NCBI RefSeq assembly: GCF_964355755.1
Contig: NC_092673.1
Location: forward strand, 558,001 to 622,000
Source: Antedon mediterranea
Taxonomy: Eukaryota; Animalia; Echinodermata
Length of the DNA stretch: 64,000 nt
Direction of reading: 5' to 3'
Below, piece after piece: positions 14,610 to 28,766 of the stretch. The notes under the pieces were generated by a model. That model was not told where the DNA came from, did not search any database, and was given only the letters and a program-made list of their open reading frames with translations. Each line of letters starts with the position of its first letter. Position 1 is the stretch's first letter. Position numbers and translations under genes: made by a program.

Positions 14610-14835
14610 TAATATTGCGTCAAAATATTGCGTTATCAATATACGGCGTTACGGTATCAATATACGGCGTTACCAATATACTGCGTTACCAATACTGCGT
14701 TACCAATATACTGCGTTATCAATAATACTGCGTTACCAATACTGCGTTACCAATACTGCGTTACCAATATACTGCGTTACCAATATACTGCGGTATCAAT
14801 ATACTGCGTTACCAATTAACTACGTTACGAATATA
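14610..14835. repeat. Degenerate 14-17 bp tandem repeat (AATATACTGCGTTACC) just upstream of the GPCR start codon
   Basis: About 13-14 imperfect units seen directly. Confidence 0.92.
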
Positions 14836-15399
14836 CTGAAATATCTTTAGAATTAATATTGTTCAACTAATAGCAATATATAACTTCCTTTCCAACAAAT
14901 TCAAAGTATAACAGCTATATGCGTTGTGTTATCGAAAAACGCCCTTCATTCTGGAATGCTTTTGGAAGAAATGCGTTGTTGCTTTCTTGTTTCGAGATTT
15001 TATAAATAATTCTCCTACTGGATAAAATCAGAGAAACTTCTCAACGAAGTGCTAATTAGTCTTGTGGCCTCTGATGATCCAAATCAGGCCAATATTTTGT
15101 AATATAAATTTTACTGGCACCTGATGACGATCCCAATCATATACCTATTTAAAGAAATAATATAGTTTCCAATTAATTGTAGTGTTAAGTGAATGTGTTA
15201 TGTAACAGGTCCAATTACTGTAACCTGTGTCACGCTCTACAGCAAGTGAATACTTGACATTGGCTGTGTAATCCCTAAATACTTTTGATCATTATTTACG
15301 TAATCTTTAAACTCGTTACCTGTAATCGTAACATCCGTGTTGGGTAGCTTATTAGAAATGAGTGTCTTGTTAATTAAGTGTTTCAAGTAATGAGGAGTT

Positions 15400-15550
15400 A
15401 TAACGATGGTAAGAAGTCAAGGCAAATAACATTGTTAATTTATGGTGGTAAACCCCCGACAGCAGATGTAACGATGCTAAGAAGTCAAGGCAGATGACAT
15501 TGTTAATTTATGATGGTAAACCTCTGACAACAGAATGTAACGATGCTAAA
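15400..15550. repeat. Imperfect ~67-bp tandem duplication
   Basis: TAACGATG(G/C)TAAGAAGTCAAGGCA...ACATTGTTAATTTATG...GGTAAACC occurs twice, plus a partial third copy. Confidence 0.8.
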
Positions 15551-16418
15551 CCACGGACCAGCAACAATTGACATTATTATGTAACGATGGTAGCAAATTT
15601 AAATATTGTGTGTTGATACAATATTATAACGATGATAATAATATTTGCTCATTCCATAAACTACAGCGTGCGTAAGGCGGTGTATGGCATTTTGTGCAGG
15701 TTAGGGAAGACATACAATATGGTCACTAAATGCATTTATGATTTTGCTCTTCCATCATCCAATCTACATGGTAGATGGATTAAGCTATTGTATAACCACG
15801 TGACTATTTGGTGTCGGTTTATTTTTATTTTCTTTATATTTATAATAATGTAGACACTTGTAATTTGTTCTTGAGCTATAGAGAATGTTGTCTTTTTTCC
15901 GAAAGATGAAATGTAATGTAATATCAACCAGTATCGTTTTAAGTTTATAATTAAAATCGTCATTACGGTTAAATATTAAAAGTTGGCTTTATCAATTTAT
16001 TTACGATTTATATCAATCAGCTTTGCATTAACTAATAACATACAAACGTTTAGTCCAAACACTTTATTTTAGCCTTGTTTAACTTGGCTTTATTTCTAAG
16101 CACGTGGATGCTTATTAGTTAAGTGATACTTATAACGAATATCATAGCAAAGTGATAAGGTATAAGTAGTGTCTATTGATTCATTAGACATAAAGTGGAC
16201 ATTATACAACAAGTGTGTTGTTGCTTTGTTTGTGCTTCTACACGTTTTATTAATATTAACATTAAATATTGTGCGGAAAAATGAATAAGTCATTATCACC
16301 ATCTAAGCCTACATCAACCAATCGAGACTCACGCGGGAGTAAAGTGGTTGGCTATACTAACACTGTTTTTATTCTTCATAAAATTGGTAAAAATATGCCA
16401 TATTAGAAAAACGTACCG

Positions 16419-16590
16419 TATTTTCTTACTGTGTTTATTCTTGTGTGATGTAAGAGTTTATAAGCAACTTATTAATTTGATGTTTAGTTAGTAACAATAT
16501 TGTACCTATTTTCTTACTGTGTTTATTCTTGTGTGATGTAAGAATTGATAAGCAACTTATTAATTTGATGTTTAGTTAGTAACAATATTG
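16419..16590. repeat. 88-bp tandem duplication (2 copies)
   Basis: TATTTTCTTACTGTGTTTATTCTTGTGTGATGTAAG...GTAACAATATTG at 16419 and 16507. Confidence 0.92.
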
Positions 16591-19500
16591 CCTTTCATGA
16601 TACATATGAAGAGAATATGTGATGTTGCAAACATTTTAATGGATTTCCCCCTATTTTTTGTGGGAAACCCCTATTCCCAAGAGCCAACCTCTGCCGTATA
16701 GTACCGTACAATATAGGGCCTGTACATGATCTACATTTGACAATGTAGAACTAAAAGATAAGATAAAACACAAGTTATAAATTGTATTGATTAATTAACT
16801 TTTCATTTGCTTAAGGAGTTAGTGTTTCTGTAAACGACATGACCAATGACATTGGACACAGAATGCACGCAGCTGCGAGATTTAGTTTATCGATAGATAG
16901 AATAGGCTTAATTGCCTTGCAAATTGCACGAGTCACAATTAATAGACGCGCTCTGCTATTCTCAAGAAATTATTTACACGGCAGATTTTGAAGGCGAGGA
17001 AAATGCACGGTAAATTGGAGCATAATGATTCTCGAATGTCTTGATTATGATTTGACAGCTAGGAGAAATAGTATTTGATAACGATAGGCGTCAGTATAGT
17101 ACGTGTTGTTAACATCTGAAAGATGATGAGCCTATTTATTTTTTTTTAACTTCTGTCTAGTCTAATGTCAATTAAATTACTTATTAGGAACCCTAGTCCG
17201 TTTTCTTTTTCATAAGTTATAGCGTACGTAGTAATATCATGACAAGAATCCGTCTTATAATTAGAAACCATTCTAGTTGAGGTCCTTATTTTGAAGATGA
17301 TTTCATTATAAATAAACAATAATAAATGACAACCTTCCACTGTATACACTTTGTATGATGCGCTTAAGTTTCCAAAATTACGCCTAAATGTTTATAATGA
17401 GCAATGCTAGGATAATACAGGTTTATTCGAACCGTACTCGCTTGTTGTCACTGGTCAACTGACAGAGCGTTACTTACGTTCTTGCGTCGCGTCCTAGTAG
17501 TATTATAGACCGGGAAACAAACAATATAAAATATTTACTGAATACTAAACTATATACGTAAAAAGTAAAAATAAGACCTATTTCAGAATAATAGTTGCAG
17601 TTAGTATTACCATCCTATAATGGTTATAGTCATGGCTTAAATTGTTCTTGTAATCTTCATGCCAATGTTTAGGCCTAGTATCTGTTGATACAAAAATTGT
17701 TCAATATTTTTTATTGTTATTAGATTCACGAACGTAAATAAGCTCTTCCCTTTCGAATTTCCCGGCCTCACACGTGATCACACTGATAACGATGATCATT
17801 ATTGTTGATATAGGCCTACAATATAGCACTGTAGACCCTAACATTTTTGATAATAATTTAATAAATTAAAATTAAAATTGAGGGCCTACCTTAGTATCAA
17901 GTTGACAATTTTAAACATATTAATGCCTAGGCCAGTGATATTTATAATAAACCTCTCCAAATCAGCAGACGTGTACCGCCGCCGGATCACCGACGCCGTA
18001 CAATGCTCACATTTAATGATGCTACTATACCGCTAGGCCTATCGTTGGTAAATCAGACTTAACCATAATGATGCATTCAGAATGACTACTGAGATGTAAG
18101 GATTTTCGTGGCATCTAATTTAACGGTTTGTCGCAACCAAGGCCGTAATCAAAAACGGATAATGATATTATGGCTGACCAACTGGACAAGTACTGACCAA
18201 TCATAGGTCTATTTTGTCGTTATTATTGTCCTTGAGTTACACAATGTTATTAATAATACAACATACTGATCACAGTAACAGTATAACAAATAATAGTAAT
18301 GTTAGGATTTATTATTTTATTTTATTTTATTTTATTTTATTTAATTTTCAGGCAAACATACATGACAACACAGCGGTGCAGCACCCTGAGGATTGCCATG
18401 AGTGCAAAGCACTATCGAGATGGCTCTCCATATACTGCACTAGAACATATAAGACAAACATATACACAAGATGCTCTACATAGACAAAGACTTAGATTAG
18501 AAAGACATTCATAAATCATGGTCAGTAACCAGTTAAGGTTTGGGAACCAATCCGATTACCTAATTGCGGAACTAAAAAGTGATATTAAAATCAACGTCCC
18601 GTTGGCCCTTTGTTGGGAAAACGAGTTAGCTACGTGCCTTAAATGCGAAACGAAATAAAAACAATTTTGTCGTGTAGACTCTGGCAATTAATTGTTTTAA
18701 TTGGTGAAGAAAGGACCTATATTTCTCCTTTCAATAAAATAATTATTTCTCATCGATCCAAAGACTGTCCAGGTCCGCATCCGCGTGCAATGAATAAAAA
18801 CAGTAAGAAACAAAATATATTTCATAATTGGTTGGAAAAATATTTATTCATTTCAGCTCTAATTATTTCTTTCTAATAGTTCATTGTACAACAGTACAGT
18901 AACGTACAATAGTAAAGATCCAATGAGCGCGTTAATTTGTTACTAGGAAACTACGCTTCTCAGATTGACCATGGGCTGACAGTTTCAGAAATTAACGTCG
19001 GGGTTTTCTTAAGATATATCAATAGCAACTTATCAGGCTGACTGGAACTTATTAACTCCATGAATGTGTTAATTCTTAATTTATTATGTTTCATCTTGTG
19101 GATTTATTTTGTAAATTTAATTTAAGGTGACGTAAAAATCAATATCGCCACCGATGTTGCATCATTTCCACAAATGGTGGTACTAACTATTGTGAATAAT
19201 GACTTAGCCCAAATGAAAACGTACTGTAATGTTGTCAATTTTAATGTTGTATAACCAGTTATTATAAATGTAAAGACTGGCATTTCTTTCATGTATGTAC
19301 TGTATTCTTCCAAAAAAAACATAAAATACGGTAAAAATAATATAAAATAAAAATAGGCCTACATTGAAAGATGTGGTTACGGGTTAAAGTCGTCACTTAA
19401 GTCATAAAGCAACACATATTTTCCCATGCCACAGTCGACCACATATACTATGTGTTCTCCAGAGTATGTTATTTATAGCAGATTAGATGTGACGTAGTAT

Positions 19501-20018
19501 AATTGCAACAATAACATTAATGTTTATATTATTTACATTTCGTCACGTATCTGTATCCAAATCAGTATAATGACGCTTTAAGTTTTACTCGACGAAATAT
19601 TTAAACAAAGTCATAAAATTATTAAAATAACCTATGATATTTTGGAGGATAATATTACTAAAACATTTGCTGAAGACATGATTGATCACATTAAGAAAAC
19701 ATTAGTAGGTATTATATATACCGCCAGTGACCTTATGTTTCTTTGTAGTATAATTGACGCGAGGAATGGTATACATTGTAACTCTGTAAATTAATATTAC
19801 ATTTTATCTTAGAGAAACATGAAGAAGGAAATATGAAAAATAACATAAATATTGTTTAGAACATGACAAATGTTGTTTTAATTTAAATAAAGGAATCTAT
19901 ACTGGTTCATAGATAATACGAACACAATTAAAAGCTTAGACAATTTATCTATTTGTCTTTAGAAAAAACCCACATAATAGGCTACAGTTTGCAAAAGTAT
20001 AACTTAAAAGATAAAAGG

Positions 20019-20103
20019 TATTTTTTATAGGTTTGTGGTACATCTATTTTTTATAGGTTTGTGGTACATCTATTTTTTATAGGTTTGTGGTACATATATT
20101 TTT
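20019..20103. repeat. 26-27 bp tandem repeat x3
   Basis: TATTTTTTATAGGTTTGTGGTACATC x3. Confidence 0.92.
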
Positions 20104-21115
20104 CATTTCACTTTATTATAAATTCACTTCCATTTTTCCAAATTCACAAGGGACAATAAATCTCCCAAAAATATCCGTAACATTCAAGTAATGTGATATG
20201 ACCAATATTAATATGTGACATTTAAACTTTGGGGTTTTGTTAAAAAGTATTTTTGTCGTTTACAAACAGTTTGTGGTGTATTTACAACATTCTAAATCTG
20301 TGTCATCTGTATTTTTGTCGTTTTGTTATTTGTGTATTTATAAATTCTAATCTAAATCTGTGTCATCGACATCCCGGTATAGCGTTCTTTCAAAGTTTGA
20401 AATAATGCCCAATGATATTGAGTCACTCTAGCTTATTAACGAGTTTCTTCGAAGAATCTATGTGTAATTATAAGAATATTATGAGAATGTAAAAGTTATA
20501 CTACCACCTGTGAGCACATAACATGTGGTGTTAAGTCAAATACATCTCTCTGAACACTCGTTTATCACTGCTCAACTTCTCTCTGATGCTCCGATCTTAA
20601 ACAAAGTAATACATGCCTTTTGACATAAAATAGTCTTGTGATTTATGACTAGCGCCTTTAGTTAAGGCATTTTAAAAACAGTTTTAATTCCGATCTATCC
20701 CCGTCGAAGTTGGTTGCTATGTTGCTAAGAAACATTGGTTCCGATTGGTTGCTGAAATCTTAGATGTTTTGTGGAGAAAACACGAATCACGAGATGACGG
20801 AGTGCCTCTGCTAAATATATATATATATATTTGGTGGTAGATTATACTATAGGAAGCTGATATTTTATCAATTATTTCAATTCGAATGGAAATATAATAT
20901 GAAGAAACGTTGGAAGGAGTTTTTAAGACAGGTTTATTCATCTAAAAATGGAAGGATCTTGATTGGACAATATCGACAAACATTTCTTTTATTTTACAAA
21001 TGTAATTGACTTATCACACGTCTATTTACCATCAACTTGCATATATAACATAAGTATATGCCTAACAAACTTATATTGTGGTTGTTTGTACATTTGTAAT
21101 TCAGTCGAGACCACC

Positions 21116-22309
21116 ATGGATATTATGAGTACAGTAAGTGTTTGGAATAATGCATCTCAAACCACTGTGGAGGAAGAAAATGGAATGAGCCCTTTTTTTA
21201 CAATTGTCTTAACATTATGTCTGTGTTTACTGGCAATTACCGGATTACTTGGAAATGTTCTCGTCATTGTTGCCGTTTGTAAAACGTGTAAACTTAGAAC
21301 GGCAACAAATTGGTTCATCGTTAGTCTGGCATGCGCAGATCTTCTTGTATGCGTTGTGATCATACCGTTTGCAATTACGTTAATCGCGTTTGGAAGGTGG
21401 GTGTTAGGGACTGTCATGTGCTACATCTGGTCTTCCTTAGACATCATGTGCTGCACGGCATCAACTCTAAGCCTATGTGCCGTCAGTCTTGATCGTTACT
21501 GGGCGATCTTGACTCCTCTCAGATACACGTCATCGATGTCCTTTAGACGTTATCGACTGATGATAATGTTTGTTTGGATCTTTTCGTCCGCTCTTGCAAT
21601 GACGCAGTTGTTGTGGGTTCTTCTGCCAGAAACCGTCACTGTATCCGAAGAACAGTGTACCTACTCAAATAGTAAACCGTTTAGATTGTATTCGAGTGCT
21701 GCGTCTTTTTTCATTCCAATCTCAATTTCAGTTTTTCTTTACTGTCGTATATTTTCTGTGGCTAGACGTCAGGCAAGACGTATTAGTATACAAGAAAATG
21801 TACGTAAACCTGGAAGGAACAGTGGTCAGACAGACGTCATTGAACTCCAACCAAATCGACATGTCTCCATCATAACAGACGTGTTTCACCAAATAGAGCA
21901 TCCACAAGTTGGTAATACACAAACAATTGACACTAAAGACAGTTTACCCAAAAGAACAGTCAGAAGAGCTCTTTCTGTAATTTCATCGGATACAGGTTTA
22001 ATTTTATTGAAATCTCGAGATTGGAAAGCCTTAAAAACCGTTGTCGTGGTCATCGGCGTGTTTATCTTATGTTGGGTACCTTTTGCAACAACTTACGTAC
22101 TAGAGGTATTTTGTTTGAAGTGTGAGTTCTCTTCGACATTGCTGTCTTTGGTTCTTTGGCTGGGATATGCAAATAGTGTCGTCAACCCAGTTATCTATGC
22201 TTTCTTGAACAGACCTTTTAGAAAAGCATTCAAACGCCTGCTTTTTAAAAAATACCGCTTTGGTAGCAATGGATCAATTCCAAATGACTCAAATGAAAAT
22301 AAAGTTTAA
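21116..22309 (+). CDS. Biogenic amine GPCR (octopamine-beta/D1/H2-like group, subtype uncertain), intronless CDS
   Basis: Kozak CCACCATGG at 21116 just after an acceptor-like TTCAG (21104). N-glycosylation site NAS; TM3 DIMCCTASTLSLCAVSLDRYWAI; TM5 YSSAASFFIP; TM6 CWVPF; TM7 WLGYANSVVNPVIY. Confidence 0.88.
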   Translation: MDIMSTVSVWNNASQTTVEEENGMSPFFTIVLTLCLCLLAITGLLGNVLVIVAVCKTCKLRTATNWFIVSLACADLLVCVVIIPFAITLIAFGRWVLGTVMCYIWSSLDIMCCTASTLSLCAVSLDRYWAILTPLRYTSSMSFRRYRLMIMFVWIFSSALAMTQLLWVLLPETVTVSEEQCTYSNSKPFRLYSSAASFFIPISISVFLYCRIFSVARRQARRISIQENVRKPGRNSGQTDVIELQPNRHVSIITDVFHQIEHPQVGNTQTIDTKDSLPKRTVRRALSVISSDTGLILLKSRDWKALKTVVVVIGVFILCWVPFATTYVLEVFCLKCEFSSTLLSLVLWLGYANSVVNPVIYAFLNRPFRKAFKRLLFKKYRFGSNGSIPNDSNENKV

Positions 22310-23220
22310 CAATATTATTATCTCTGACTTTTAAGAAGTCCCTAATGCTGAGTTAGGACTAGCTTAGTCCCCCGGTAGAAATCTTGTTGGGCCTGCTAGA
22401 CTCGGGTACGACCCTTGGTTGGGTCGAGTAGGCTATAGACAGAGATTAATCCCGGTGTATAGGGCAATTAATTTATTTGAAATACATTTCTATATTTTAT
22501 GAGAACATTAAATATTTGACAGTAGTGTAGTATGTATATTGGAGGCTGGCAAATAAATCTCATAATTTAACGTGCGTGTGAAAATGCGTGTCCGCGACAG
22601 TCCGAAACTAAAAACAACATGTGTACATAAAACGATTATTGTAAAAGTTAGTTTGGAAAAAGAAGAAAGAATGTTCGTACATATAAGTAGTAACATTAGT
22701 ATACTACCGTACTGTATTAATTTCATAATACAGTTAATCATATGGGTCTAGTTACATAGCATTGGTGGTGATGAGTTATATAGGCATATTGTTGTTTACC
22801 GTACGCTATAAAATATAAAAACGTAATATTGTATCTCGAACGTGGATATTAAGGTTAAAAAGTTAAATGTTTACGTATCATGTCTGCTTTAAATAATACA
22901 ATAAGAAACTTATTTGTCTTCAACGATGTATATTTTATCACAAAATTAGTTCGTACTTAATTATAGGATGCTTAAGTATTAAATCCTGATATCGAGTCAT
23001 AGTTTGCCCTTTCAAGCACACTTTTTATAAAGAAAATTAAATTATTCTTCATAAAAAGTGTGTCTTAGCCTATATACATAAGTTAACGTTTATTTACATT
23101 AATTATAATTCAGTTTGAAGAAACATGAATAAATGATTGATTGTGTATAATTATATCGATGTTTTGTAAATTTTGATTGCATCTATTGTGAGGGGAGGGG
23201 TATGTCCTAAATACGTTTTG

Positions 23221-23343
23221 TGATACATGCAATAGCCCACCCTTGCGTAAGTTGCATAGATCACAAAACTTAGTTAGGACTTGATACATGCAATAGCCCA
23301 CCCTTGCGGTAAGTTGCATAGATCACAAAACTTGGTTAGGACT
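23221..23343. repeat. 61-bp tandem duplication (2 copies)
   Basis: TGATACATGCAATAGCCCACCCTTGCG...GTTAGGACT at 23221 and 23282. Confidence 0.92.
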
Positions 23344-23846
23344 TCTATTTGCATTGTAAAGTATGAATCAATGTTTTCGCTCACATTAATATAATGTTTG
23401 GTATCAACTGCTTATCTCAAATAATATGTAGATCACGCTGCTTGTAAAATTCTTAAGAGATACTAACAACAATCGCTTCGTAATTATTTATTAATCTGTC
23501 CCATTGAATGTTTAAGCAGGGCATAGTGGGAGGTAGATTCCAAGTGCACAATACACTCAGTCTATCGAATGTCAGAAGTACTTACTGGCGACTACACAGC
23601 CTTCGCCAAACAACCAATGCTCATAACCTCAAGATGACAGAAACTGAATTTCAAAATAGAATAGTTGGGGGTAGGTTAAATTGCAGAAAGAAACAATGGG
23701 CAAAATAATAGGCTTTAATATGTCAGACTATCATGATTATTACTGCTGAATCCAGTCTCCTATTCACATTATTAAATATAACCACAAATTTATCTTCCGT
23801 ACTATAATGTTGGGAAATATTAAAATTGTCACACAATCAAGTTATC

Positions 23847-23993
23847 TAAAACTCTGTCTACACTATCAAACTAGTTTTACAAAAAAAGTGTGATGTGCCC
23901 TAATATGATAGTGATATGATGTAATTGTGTTCATATATGGGCACAACGCATTTTTTTTTTCACATAAAGTTTGATAGTGTAGACAGAATTTAA
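23847..23993. mobile_element. Palindromic MITE family B (PIF/Harbinger-like), copy 1
   Basis: TIR CTCTGTCTACACTATCAAACT...AGTTTGATAGTGTAGACAGA flanked by TAA/TTA; seven copies in the window. Confidence 0.8.
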
Positions 23994-26219
23994 TCCGTTC
24001 AAATTTTGTTTTCATTTTTTGAACTGTCCAGTAAACCGAACGTTGATATATTGACAAATATAAATTGAAATGTATAGGCTACAATGGTTGAGTGGAATTT
24101 GTACGTAGTGAGAACTTAAACATGAACCTATCGGAACTAAAAAGGAGAAAAACAAGCAACAATGTCCCATTATTTTTTACCAACGGACTAAGAATGTTTT
24201 TGTTAGAATGTGTCTTCTATTCAATTAAGTTACAAATGTCATGTCACAACCTTTATAGTATCTATGAGAAAAATTGGTTAACTGAATGAAAATATATTAA
24301 GTACAAATGATTGTCAACCTATTTCTTTTTCTCTAAATATACAAAGTTCATTTTATTTAGACTATCGGTTACCCTGTTGGAACACAAGTACCAAAAATAA
24401 CTTAATAAATCAAGTTATTTACAATCAAATAACTATTTTCTTCAATTGCTGAAAATGTAAACTCGAGAAAAAGATGGGTCAAGTGAACCATTGGGAATAT
24501 AAAGAAGGGGGTTGAGAGGAAATAATGTGCTCTAACCCTAATGAATATTGGAAAGACTATTAAATGCGAAAACATTGTGTAAATTTAGAAACAGTGAGCG
24601 TGTGGACAAACAAATGTAATCTATTATGTTGTTTCTGAATATTAATATGCATACTGTTTTTAATATATGCATATATTTATATTTTTCTTAAAAAACGCCT
24701 ACTACAGAAACGGCTGTGTATATCCTCACCAACTGAGCTTTGTACATACAAATAACGTATGTCTACTTTATCAATAAATTATATTACTGTATACACTAAT
24801 ATAATTAGAGTATAGTTCATATAATATTGTATTTCTTCGCGCGACATGTAACCATACTAAACCGATAGATTATGGGTCAGTATAGGCTGGAGGTAGGCCT
24901 ACAATTTGATTATTCCAATTCTCCCGTATACAATACCTTGGTGTGTGGTGATCTTTTGGCATAGCCTACTTCTACAATGACGTTACATGTTGTTTTTTTT
25001 TTATTTAGGCCCATTATTAGTATTAGTATAACTGGAAGATGTGCCAGAAAATATTATAAATAGGTTATTCTAGTAAAAAGACAGGACAGTTTTCAAAAAT
25101 AATAATGTTCAATTTATATAGCGCAAAATAAGCTCTAAGCGCTGAACAATTAACCGAAAATATAAAAAGCACAAAATGAATTAATTTTGAAAGTGCAAAT
25201 TAAATAAGTGAGAAGTTCTTGTGGCGAATGATTCGTCCATCCAGTACTAATTGAACATTCTATTTTTCCATAGATTATTTTAATTTTCTGTCCGATTCCT
25301 ATGACATCAGACTAATCTGACATTCTTTAGTGTTTGTAAACTCTCGTCCACTGTGAACATGAATATTATTTACACAAACGGGATGGGATTGGAACATTTA
25401 TTTTACACTTTATAATACATTCTGTGATTTACGATCATACATACGTATTTAATAAATTAAAAATTCTTACTTTGTACAACTATAAATTGCGCTTTAAATT
25501 TTTCTTAAAGCATTATTCTATAAACATTTATTAAGCTTGGTTAGCTCAACACTACATAGGCGCAATTCAAATGGTTTGACCAATCACAAGCGATGGATTA
25601 TTCGAACTGTAGCTTTTCATTGTCTCGCTTGCGTTGCGTCTGTAGTGCGAACCAAGTTTAACGCTTGGTTAGCGTAACACAACATTGGCACAATGTAATT
25701 GTGGTTTGACCAATCACAAGCTTTAGGGACCCACACCCCCTTGGATTCGCCTATTTAGTTTGAACTTAACGATAAACACTTCTTTTTAATTCATGTTTAA
25801 ATGCCTCTATGTTGGCACTTTTAAATGTTATATAAATGGGAATTTCTAAATATCAATGAATTGGTCTTTGGCTGAAACGTGTAAACAGCACACATTTAAA
25901 ATAGTACACGTTATAGTAATGGCTTCAGCATTCTCAATGTATAGCAATTCTATTCTTTGGGTCATAAATATTTACAAATAACAAAACAAGTAAATAAAAT
26001 GCCATTGATGATGATTAAATAAATTTGTTATGGCAGATGGAAGAACAACCTGCCGTCGTCACATTCACTTCCGTTTAAATGCTCGTGAATCTACTGGAAT
26101 GTGGAGTCAAAGTTCAAATTAACCTGCCATTACAAATTTAGGTTTTATCTAAAATTTGGTAATGATGATACTTTCTCAACACCAATGATTGGCAAGTATT
26201 TTGCAACAGACTGCAAAGG

Positions 26220-28766
26220 TCAATATCGTCCTTCTGATTGGCGTAATTTTTTCCCAAGTTCTTCAATTCTGATGTCTTTAAGTTGTAATAAATGTTCTAA
26301 GCGTCGAATCTTAGCCTGAAGTATCTAGAAATTATAAACATTCAAGTAGATTTAGATATTACTATCAAATATAACAAAATCTGCAATCTGTATTTCCTCA
26401 ACGTATAAAATCAAATGTATTTTATAACTTAGGAAATGTTTCCAAAGCACTAGTATATTTTTTGCTTTGTGTGATTGTATTTGATTGATTATTTTCCCCA
26501 AGTATCTATGTACAACAGATCATAGCTGACTTTCATGACAATCGATATAATATTGGCAACGTCACGAAAACTTTATTTAAATCTCAAGTTATTTGTACTT
26601 CAATATTAAATAGCATGCCTTTTGTGACTGTATTTTGCTCAATTTCTGAGAGCTTAATTTATTTATCTGAAATGTAACATTTTATGTGAAAATAGAGGAA
26701 TAACTGGGAAATGAATTGATAGCATTTTTTGTTAGCTGTATGACTTACTTGTACGGTTTCCTGAGAGGCTAAAAGTGCCTGTTCTTTTTCTTCTATAATA
26801 TACCTGACTTCTGTTGATAATGGTTGACCGTGTTCTGAACTTACATTCTGTAAAGACCGACTTCTGGCAGCATTGCTGTCAAAAATAATGACATTTTAAA
26901 ATAAATCACTATATCTTATGTCGATGTGATAATAATACAGTTTCATCGTCTCGTCGTCTTGTATCAAAAATTATTATTTTAAGATTTAAAAAGATTATTC
27001 ATATTCTGACAGTTTGGAATTTTGGTTTATTTATTATATCATTTTAGGGTAACTTTCTGATTTTAAATTGTTTTTTAATCAAGGAAATCCATTTGGCCTC
27101 ATCTTGAGTGTCTTCGATATAAAATTGTCAATTTGAGGCCAATCATTTTGGGGTTTTTTTTGGTCTTTTTATTTAAACTGTACGATTTACTGTTTTACTA
27201 TGTTATTGTTAAATTTTACAATTTACTAAGGGAATTAAATAAATTTGAATTATTATCAAACCAACTTCAAACCAAACCCAACCAAATATGTATGTCTGGT
27301 TGTTTTAACTTACGTTTGATTTGGTAATCCCCCAGCTTTTGGAACTGATCCATGATGCTTCCCTCCTCTATGATAAGCTGAATAATAAACCAAAATATTT
27401 ACATTAAATCAAATTTCAAAATGATTTATAAAATTAATGACATTATTGTCTTGACATGTTTCTTCACTTCAATAATTTATACTTTATGTGTAATTCACCG
27501 TTGAATGAACACCACTCTAAAAGATTGATGCAGTTTCACACCAGATACATTTAATATCTCAAAATCAATTTCATATTAAACTTTCCAATTGTAAATAGCC
27601 ATTGTTTTCAAAGAACTGCTGTGTTTATATGACCTTCAGAGTCTGTTACATTATTTCAGTACATTATATGCAATCCAATGTTTTACCTTTATCTGACCTG
27701 TCAGATAACCCTTCATATGTTTCAGGAGTCATCTGAAAAATAATAAATAATAGATTTCCAAAACTGTTGCAAATATTATAAAATCAGAGCTTGATTTCAA
27801 TGTCCTGACATTTAATCTTATAGTTTTATACAGGTTTTTGATCTTTTTATCTTTTTATCAAGTTAAATTCATACATTTGTTTGATTCTCTTACTTTGTTA
27901 CCGATAGAAATTTTTTTTTGCTTGTGATAGTTTTCTATCTTGATCTTGAGTTGCCATAAAAATACTTCAACAACACCTGCTTTACAATTAATAACTCCTC
28001 TGATGATATTGTCTGGAACATTAATGTTTAGCTTTGTAAACACTTTTCTGTAAAATAAAACACAATGAAATCAATAAATGTTTTATAAATTTTAAAAGAT
28101 AGATTCACTGAGATGTGGTCATTTAACAAATCAAATTTGAAGTCATCCTTACCGGCTTAGTGTTCCCCAATTGGATAGCTTTTGTTGCGTTGAATTAGCA
28201 GGTGTGTAGTTATGAATCTCCACTAACTTAGGATGAAAATGTGATACTACTTCTGCTGTTAGAACTGTAAAAACAAGATGAAAATTCGTTAAATTAGATA
28301 GATTAACAAATTGTAAATTGGCTATTGAAATAATTAATAGGCCTACGTACACCTACTGTAGGCTAGCCCATGTCTATATTGTTTTCGTCATACCTACCTA
28401 CACAGTAGGCCCCTATATTCCATGGCCCACACAACCAATCCCACACATTGATTGTTTAATAATAATTATTATTATTTAGGCTAATACGCAACAATAAATA
28501 TAATTCTATAATTATAATAATAATATTAATAGACCTACTGCAGTAAAATACTAATTTTGTAGGTTTAAACAAAATTATTTCAAATATTACTAATTAGTTC
28601 TTGTTAGACTTTGGGCTAGGCCTAGGCTTGTAAATCAAGTGGTAATAGACGTACCCCCATCACTAAAGTCGCGGGTGATAAGGCGTTTCGGACGTGAGAG
28701 AGGAATGCTGTCGATCCAAGCATACAATTCTTGAAGTTTTTCTTCATCTAAGCTTTGTTCAGACAT
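26220..28766 (-). CDS. SPEF1: Sperm flagellar protein 1 (CH_2 domain plus C-terminal coiled coil), 7 exons
   Basis: Exons ~28766-28655, 28264-28153, 28047-27875, 27732-27687, 27377-27314, 26875-26749, 26324-26220 with GT-AG introns. Peptides MSEQSLDEEKLQELYAWIDSIPLSRPKRLITRDFSDGVLTAEVVSHFHPKLVEIHNYTPANSTQQKLSNW and ILQAKIRRLEHLLQLKDIRIEEL. Confidence 0.93.

Noticed and set aside
14603-14623. MTQYYYR extension of the minus-strand GPCR
   Set aside because: TTG start; the first ATG is at 14602
20963-21115. N-terminal extension of the GPCR ORF
   Set aside because: Starts at TTG, looks intronic and precedes an acceptor; the Kozak ATG at 21116 is better supported
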